A model generated the notes under the pieces. That model was not told the DNA's origin and did no database searches. It saw nothing but the letters and a program-made list of their open reading frames with translations. Below are positions 32,341 through 36,832 of a DNA stretch of 36,832 nucleotides, piece after piece. This DNA is from a virus: IMG/VR virus record IMGVR_UViG_3300045988_089998, positions 1-36,832 of that record; one strand, 5' to 3'. The position numbers and the translations under genes are program-made. Within the stretch, counting starts at the first letter, position 1. Each line of letters opens with the position of its first letter.

Positions 32341-32685
32341 CTAATCCAATGTCTCAAAATAAAACGTCACCTCGTCCGTTATATGCCTTATCAGTCCAAA
32401 TCTGATAGCCACCTGGAACGGTATGCTATCTCTCATGAGCCTATGCGATATTCCAGACAAGTACTTTCTGTAGCCCTCCACATCTAGTGTTGCCTTATAA
32501 TGATTGCAACTTCGGCACGCTGGCAGCATATTATGTAATTCATCCGCTCCGCCAATCCTCAGTGGCGTAACATGGTCTACTTGCATGTCTTTGTAATCCA
32601 AATCACTACCACAATAAGCGCAGTGCCCTTGACATTTTGCGTAGACCCGTTGTCTCTCCTGTTTTGTTAATTTTTTTCTCTTCAT
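32341..32685 (-). CDS. HNH endonuclease
   Basis: CAYCGSDLDYKDMQVDHVTPLRIGGADELHNMLPACRSCNHYK is a classic HNH motif. Confidence 0.85.
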   Translation of the reverse strand: MKRKKLTKQERQRVYAKCQGHCAYCGSDLDYKDMQVDHVTPLRIGGADELHNMLPACRSCNHYKATLDVEGYRKYLSGISHRLMRDSIPFQVAIRFGLIRHITDEVTFYFETLD

Positions 32686-33029
32686 AATTCACCTTTAAAT
32701 TCCCCGTTTCTCGAATCAATATAATCACTTCTTACTTCATCAAACTGGCTACATTCATCTTCTGTTTCTTCATGGCAGTTATTATATCCGTAGCAGTTTA
32801 TACACTCTTTGCAAGTCTCGCCAACATTAAAACCAGAATTCAATATTCTGCTCATTGTAATCATGACGTTTCCTCCTAAATCCCAGTTTTCCCAACTAAT
32901 ATTTACGCCGCATGAAGGACAATTTGCTATTCCTTTTGTTATTCCGTGACGATTCTCTAAAGCTTCACACACCGGGCAGCCATATTTGATATATGGTTCT
33001 TCTCCTGGTTTCTCATAGTGGTGTTCCAC
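32682..33029 (-). CDS. Cysteine-rich (zinc-ribbon-like) protein; likely extends 5' to ATG 33169 via a frame change at an A5 run
   Basis: CPVC...CPSC and CKECINC...C clusters are present. The frame is open and protein-like upstream of the GTG at 33029, back to about 33139. Confidence 0.55.
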   Translation of the reverse strand: MEHHYEKPGEEPYIKYGCPVCEALENRHGITKGIANCPSCGVNISWENWDLGGNVMITMSRILNSGFNVGETCKECINCYGYNNCHEETEDECSQFDEVRSDYIDSRNGEFKGEL

Positions 33030-33165
33030 CGGACGTACATAAGATGTTCTCTGATATACGCATTCTGCTTCAGTTGTCTTTCCATCTATGGCAGTTGGTT
33101 GCTCGTCAATTAACTCTAATATTTCATAAACTTCTCTTTTTCATCTTCATTCTCAAAAATAATTT

Positions 33166-33507
33166 TCATACTAAACTCCTAAACCCTAAGTTTTCGAGAA
33201 ACAAATTCTTGTCATCGATGTAATAATTGGCGAATACCTTCCTGCTGTTATTCTTCCAGTATTCTATGTTCTCTCTGATATTGTCATTGATTGCATCAAA
33301 TTCCAGTCCATGTCTTCTGCAATACTTGATTGCCGATTTTAGATACTCTCCCTCCCTGCAGGTCCATAATATAACCTTATCTCCCTGCTGCCTGGCAGAT
33401 ATCAGAAACTCGAACAGTTTTATATTAGGCTCTCCTAGTTCCGGATATTTGTTTGCTAGATTTAATGTCTTGTCAAAATCCACTGCATATACTTTTTTAT
33501 ACTGCAT
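33166..33507 (-). CDS. HAD-superfamily phosphatase-like protein
   Basis: VYAVDFDKTL carries the DxDxT motif, and ...KVILWTCRE... is consistent with the family. AAAGGAG precedes ATG 33507. Confidence 0.55.
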   Translation of the reverse strand: MQYKKVYAVDFDKTLNLANKYPELGEPNIKLFEFLISARQQGDKVILWTCREGEYLKSAIKYCRRHGLEFDAINDNIRENIEYWKNNSRKVFANYYIDDKNLFLENLGFRSLV

Positions 33508-33509
33508 AT

Positions 33510-33728
33510 TTACTCCTTTACATATTTCCACCCTCGGACTCTTATTGCCCTCGGTGTTCCTACTTCTGCGTCCGTTTCCAGTATGCCTTCATTAATCATT
33601 TCTACAAGGTATCTGTGCACTGAACTTGGCGATTTCAGGCCCACCCCCTCTGCAATTTCCCTAACAGACGGGGCATATCCATGTTCCTGCAAATAATCAA
33701 TAATGTACCTCAATATTTCTTCTCTCAT
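33510..33728 (-). CDS. LexA N-terminal DNA-binding-domain-like winged-helix protein (no peptidase domain)
   Basis: ILRYIIDYLQEHGYAPSVREIAEGVGLKSPSSVHRYLVEMINEGIL closely follows the LexA_DNA_bind pattern, but the protein is only 72 aa. Confidence 0.7.
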   Translation of the reverse strand: MREEILRYIIDYLQEHGYAPSVREIAEGVGLKSPSSVHRYLVEMINEGILETDAEVGTPRAIRVRGWKYVKE

Positions 33729-33737
33729 ACTTCCTCC

Positions 33738-34781
33738 TTATGCAGCCACCCTCTGGCGCACGCTTCTTAATGTGTCTGGTGTGCTTTCCGCATAATACCT
33801 AGAAGTCACCGCAGGGCTGGCATGTCCAAGCACTTCCTGTATGCTTCCCAAATCTACTCCGCTATTCTTTAGACTCATCCCTAATGTTTTACGCATTTTA
33901 TGCGGATATACTCTATATTCGCATCCTATACGCTTCGCTATGAGTTTAAGCGATGCCCTGATCCCGCCAACGGTAAGTCTGCCATGCGGATTTCTGATGC
34001 CAACAAATAGCGCCTTATCATTATCTGTTCTGCTCGCAATGTATTTGTGAAGATGATACCTTGCTACCTCGTCAAGATATATGGTCCGGTATCTGCCTCC
34101 CTTCTCTCCTCTAATCAGGATATCCCCTGTTTTCCAGTCCACATCCTCGGCATTAATCTGTGCTACCTCTCCCACGCGCGCTCCCGTGCTCCGCAGCACC
34201 TCTACGATCGCACGATCCCTGAAAGTCCTGCATCCTTCCCGCAATTCCTCTAACTGTGCTGGCCGGAAATAATCGATCGGCTTGCGGGTCTCTTTCAGAG
34301 GCTCAACCGCTTCTACCGGATTTCCGGGGACGAACCGCTCTTTGCGCAGCCATGTAAAGAACGCGCTCAGGTATCTCCGCTCATTATTGCAGGTGGATGC
34401 CTGGTTCTGAAGGCCATTATTGCAGACATTGCGACGCTGGTACCATCGCAGATAGTAATCAATATCAATCTCATCCATTTCGGTTACTGGCTTATCAATT
34501 ACAGTTATCAGGCTATTTACAGCTCGCAAATACTGTTCCATTGTTTTCGGCGTGAGATTTCTCTTTTTAATTTTAAATAATCCGATCAGATACCGATTCT
34601 TTTCTTCTGTAGATGTATCTGCCTCTGCCGGCAATGTAGTAATCTGCTCGACATTAAGGAAGACGAATTGCTCTTCTAAAACTCGCTGCAATATATCCAG
34701 CATGGCCTTTTCCATATATTCCGACATTTGAAGCATTATATTGTTGATAACGCTTGTCTTTATATTTGCACTTGTATACAT
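33738..34781 (-). CDS. Tyrosine recombinase (XerC/D-like), second non-integrase copy
   Basis: Motifs are TGARVGEVAQI (Arg), GEKGGRYRTIYL, YPHKMRKT (HxxR), LGHASPAVT and SRYY (Tyr). AAGGAGG precedes ATG 34781; the alternative start is 34895. The N-terminal architecture parallels the shufflon recombinase. Confidence 0.85.
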   Translation of the reverse strand: MYTSANIKTSVINNIMLQMSEYMEKAMLDILQRVLEEQFVFLNVEQITTLPAEADTSTEEKNRYLIGLFKIKKRNLTPKTMEQYLRAVNSLITVIDKPVTEMDEIDIDYYLRWYQRRNVCNNGLQNQASTCNNERRYLSAFFTWLRKERFVPGNPVEAVEPLKETRKPIDYFRPAQLEELREGCRTFRDRAIVEVLRSTGARVGEVAQINAEDVDWKTGDILIRGEKGGRYRTIYLDEVARYHLHKYIASRTDNDKALFVGIRNPHGRLTVGGIRASLKLIAKRIGCEYRVYPHKMRKTLGMSLKNSGVDLGSIQEVLGHASPAVTSRYYAESTPDTLRSVRQRVAA

Positions 34782-34799
34782 GTTTTTTCCTCCTTCATA

Positions 34800-34828
34800 T
34801 TGCCCCAAAAGAGGATATATGCTATACT
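34800..34828 (+). promoter_or_regulatory. Rightward promoter antisense to the recombinase leader
   Basis: TTGCCC, 17 nt, then TG-c-TATACT (extended -10, 34820-34828). Confidence 0.35.
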
Positions 34829-34834
34829 CTTTAT

Positions 34835-34887
34835 AGGGAATTGCAGCAGATACTAGTCTTGCCGGACGGTCTGCTGCCTGTTTTTTT
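34835..34887 (+). ncRNA. Candidate ~50-nt antisense small RNA ending in a strong intrinsic terminator
   Basis: The stem is gcagcaga (34843-34850) paired with tctgctgc (34870-34877), followed by ctg + T7. It lies on the plus strand where all neighbouring genes are minus-strand. Confidence 0.35.
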
Positions 34888-34937
34888 GTTGTCATGTATA
34901 CTCACCCATTGCTATATGCCTGCAGCCTCTTCTCCTC

Positions 34938-36209
34938 CTATATGGTCTCTATCTCCTTTCCCGATTCATCCACCTCCGCATTCAGCCATTTTTTCCAGAA
35001 TTTTTCATTTACCAGTGACTTTGCCGATATCTTTTTATCTATAAACTCCTGCATCGCCTCTGCCATATACTTCGCTGCCTTATACTCTTCCGCCGCATCC
35101 AGGAAATCCTTGCGGCTTCCGTAATGGCTTTCTACTGCTGTCTCTTCCGGCCGATTCATTATGTCAATATTATCTGGGCAATATTCTGGCAGGTCCTTGG
35201 TAATCTCCATCTGCCCCGGTACTTGTTCCTCTTGAGTGCTTTCCAGATCTTTCAGCGTATTTGTCTCTACTGATTGTCCTGGTTTTTCCTCTGTCTTTCC
35301 TTCCTGTTTTTCTTCCGGCTTGGCTTCAGGATAGTTGCTCTTCTTTACTTTCTTTTCATCCCTTCCTTTCTTAGCCGGCTCGCTTTTTTGTTCCTCTCTC
35401 AGCGGAACTCCGTACATCTCTCTGTATGCCTGTTCAGCAGGCTTTTCTAAGTCTTCCGGATAGTTCGGAAAAAACTCCGCTTCAAAAGCCCTTGCAAGAT
35501 CTACGTATGTATAGACTTGCTGTTCTCCGTACCCTCTGTATGGCATCACCCGCAACTCATCCTCGCTCATCAATACATTCCCGCTCTTCAGCCGGACCAT
35601 CTTGAATTTTGTCGGGTTTACCATCTCCATGACATCTTCTTTTACGTTCCCGCTTTTTCCTGTTTTTAACCAGATGACAAAGTCCGCGAACCGGTCCTTT
35701 GCGTCGCTCTGAAATAGTTCTTTTGCCAGTTCCTGCATCCAATCCGTATCATCTTTTTCTTGTGCGATGTCGCACAATTCCATTTGATCCTCATAACGGC
35801 TTTCTGTCTCTTTTACGATTGCTTTCGCCGATCTGATATCCCGGACCGTCGCTTCTCCCGGGACTGCTTCCCTGACATCTTCCGGAAGCCCCAGCATCTC
35901 GGTCAGTTTGCTGCTGCCATATCCGCGGTATCTTGCCTGGATCTCCGGACTGTATCCGTCAATGCTATAGTTATCATTGATCTCCATGAACCGGATCGCC
36001 GTTGTCCGGGTGATGCCAAATACCTTTTTTGCATAGTCATAGATGTCCGCATATCCTTTTTGCGTATATAGCGCGTCATCCCTGGTCTTTTTCAAATAAT
36101 ATCCCACGGAAACAAATCCTTCCGTGATATTCTCAAGCTCGCTCTTGATAATCCCTGTCATATCATCCAGGCTGTCAATTGCCCTGGATACCTGCATATT
36201 ATTGTACAT
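34938..36209 (-). CDS. Putative DNA-binding protein (ParB/KorB-type HTH-like N-terminal region, acidic/Lys-rich C-terminal half)
   Basis: 423 aa. VGYYLKKTRDDALYTQKGYADIYDYAKKVFGITRTTAIRFMEIN resembles plasmid/ICE HTH proteins. It is adjacent to PcfJ-like. The functional call is weak. Confidence 0.4.
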   Translation of the reverse strand: MYNNMQVSRAIDSLDDMTGIIKSELENITEGFVSVGYYLKKTRDDALYTQKGYADIYDYAKKVFGITRTTAIRFMEINDNYSIDGYSPEIQARYRGYGSSKLTEMLGLPEDVREAVPGEATVRDIRSAKAIVKETESRYEDQMELCDIAQEKDDTDWMQELAKELFQSDAKDRFADFVIWLKTGKSGNVKEDVMEMVNPTKFKMVRLKSGNVLMSEDELRVMPYRGYGEQQVYTYVDLARAFEAEFFPNYPEDLEKPAEQAYREMYGVPLREEQKSEPAKKGRDEKKVKKSNYPEAKPEEKQEGKTEEKPGQSVETNTLKDLESTQEEQVPGQMEITKDLPEYCPDNIDIMNRPEETAVESHYGSRKDFLDAAEEYKAAKYMAEAMQEFIDKKISAKSLVNEKFWKKWLNAEVDESGKEIETI

Positions 36210-36222
36210 TGTACATATCCTC

Positions 36223-36832
36223 CTATCCTGCTGCTATCCTCTCTACCTCCATCAGATCCTCCTCCAGGACGTCGGCCAGCAGCCTCCCTGCCAGTTTCCC
36301 ATGCCATATCTTCTTTTTTTCCGCCCTGAGTTCTCGGAACTCCTCCACCCTCAGTTTCCTGCTTATTTCCGCCATCCTTTCATCGTCCTTCGTGAGTCGC
36401 TTCTGTACCTCCTGCTGCCAGTTCCGGATGAATGTCTTAGCCTCCTCGAAGTCCTTGTTCTGGTTGTCTCCATAGGTTCTTTTCTGTCGTGCCGCTCCTC
36501 CCGGCTCGATCTCAAGCGTATAGTATGGCTTGTCCGGTTCTTCCACCTTCCGCAGGAATACGATATACGACTCTCTCTTCTGTATCCTCTCGAAATAGAT
36601 ATCGCTCCTGTCAAGGCAATGCCCGAGCACCCTTCCTTCGTGTATGATGTCCTCTATCCTCTCTGGTACAACGATGCAGTACTTCCCTCCTTCATATTCA
36701 TATTTCTCCCTTATTTCCTCGTATATCCTCTCGATATCCGGAAATGCCTCCGCAATCTTTCCTGCCCTTTTGGCAATCTCTCCGCCTCCGCTCAATTTCA
36801 CCGCCTCGTCATGCGCTTCTCTCAGATCTTTC
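36223..36832 (-). CDS. PcfJ-like protein, C-terminal part (continuation of 1..1635 across the circular junction)
   Basis: ...IIHEGRVLGHCLDRSDIYFERIQKRESYIVFLRKVEEPDKPYYTLEI matches the PcfJ core (eG..l.HCv....Y..ri..g.s.I.flR). The frame is open to the right window edge. Confidence 0.8.
   Translation of the reverse strand, partial: KDLREAHDEAVKLSGGGEIAKRAGKIAEAFPDIERIYEEIREKYEYEGGKYCIVVPERIEDIIHEGRVLGHCLDRSDIYFERIQKRESYIVFLRKVEEPDKPYYTLEIEPGGAARQKRTYGDNQNKDFEEAKTFIRNWQQEVQKRLTKDDERMAEISRKLRVEEFRELRAEKKKIWHGKLAGRLLADVLEEDLMEVERIAAG
36778..36832. repeat. Second copy of the 55-nt terminal direct repeat
   Basis: Exact identity to nt 1-55 by direct comparison. Confidence 0.95.

Noticed and set aside
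1-36832. tRNA, rRNA, CRISPR arrays, reverse transcriptase/DGR, IS elements
   Set aside because: I found no cloverleaf or T-loop-like segments, no regularly spaced direct repeats, no RT motifs (YxDD) and no transposase-like ORFs on reading either strand.

Overview
The window is a complete, circularly permuted, roughly 36.78-kb temperate siphovirus-like phage, possibly a phage-plasmid hybrid. The first 55 nt are identical to the last 55 nt, and a PcfJ-like ORF reads in frame across that junction. Strong AGGAGG-type ribosome-binding sites (RBSs), a TcdE-type holin and PcfJ/PcfK genes suggest a low-GC Gram-positive, Clostridia-like host; this is inference. Most genes lie on the minus strand as one long leftward array: early and replication genes (Cro-like regulator, small ORFs, HUH rolling-circle Rep, PcfK-like, PcfJ-like, HTH protein, tyrosine recombinase, LexA-DBD-like, HAD-like, HNH, late regulator); then HNH, TerS, TerL, portal, ClpP-type protease and HK97-type capsid; then connector and neck genes, two paralogous major tail proteins, the G/G-T chaperone with a -1 frameshift, tape measure, Dit, Tal-like and receptor-binding protein; then a CBM protein, holin and amidase. 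Plus-strand genes form the lysogeny module (CI/LexA-like repressor, ImmA-like protein lacking HEXXH, tyrosine integrase), a decayed module (truncated XRE and truncated large serine recombinase), and small moron-like genes. The standout is at 13.3-16.3 kb. The receptor-binding tail protein gene is split at an in-frame 18-bp core encoding ELNRKL. That core recurs in direct and inverted orientation in front of three promoterless alternative C-terminal cassettes. These cassettes surround a compositionally foreign, G+C-rich tyrosine recombinase gene. This is the architecture of a multi-cassette shufflon for host-range switching, driven by a tyrosine rather than a serine recombinase. Other notable features are candidate antisense small RNAs in the leaders of rep and of a second tyrosine recombinase, and a 14-bp perfect palindrome recurring at three places. 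I recognised no rRNA, tRNA or CRISPR array.
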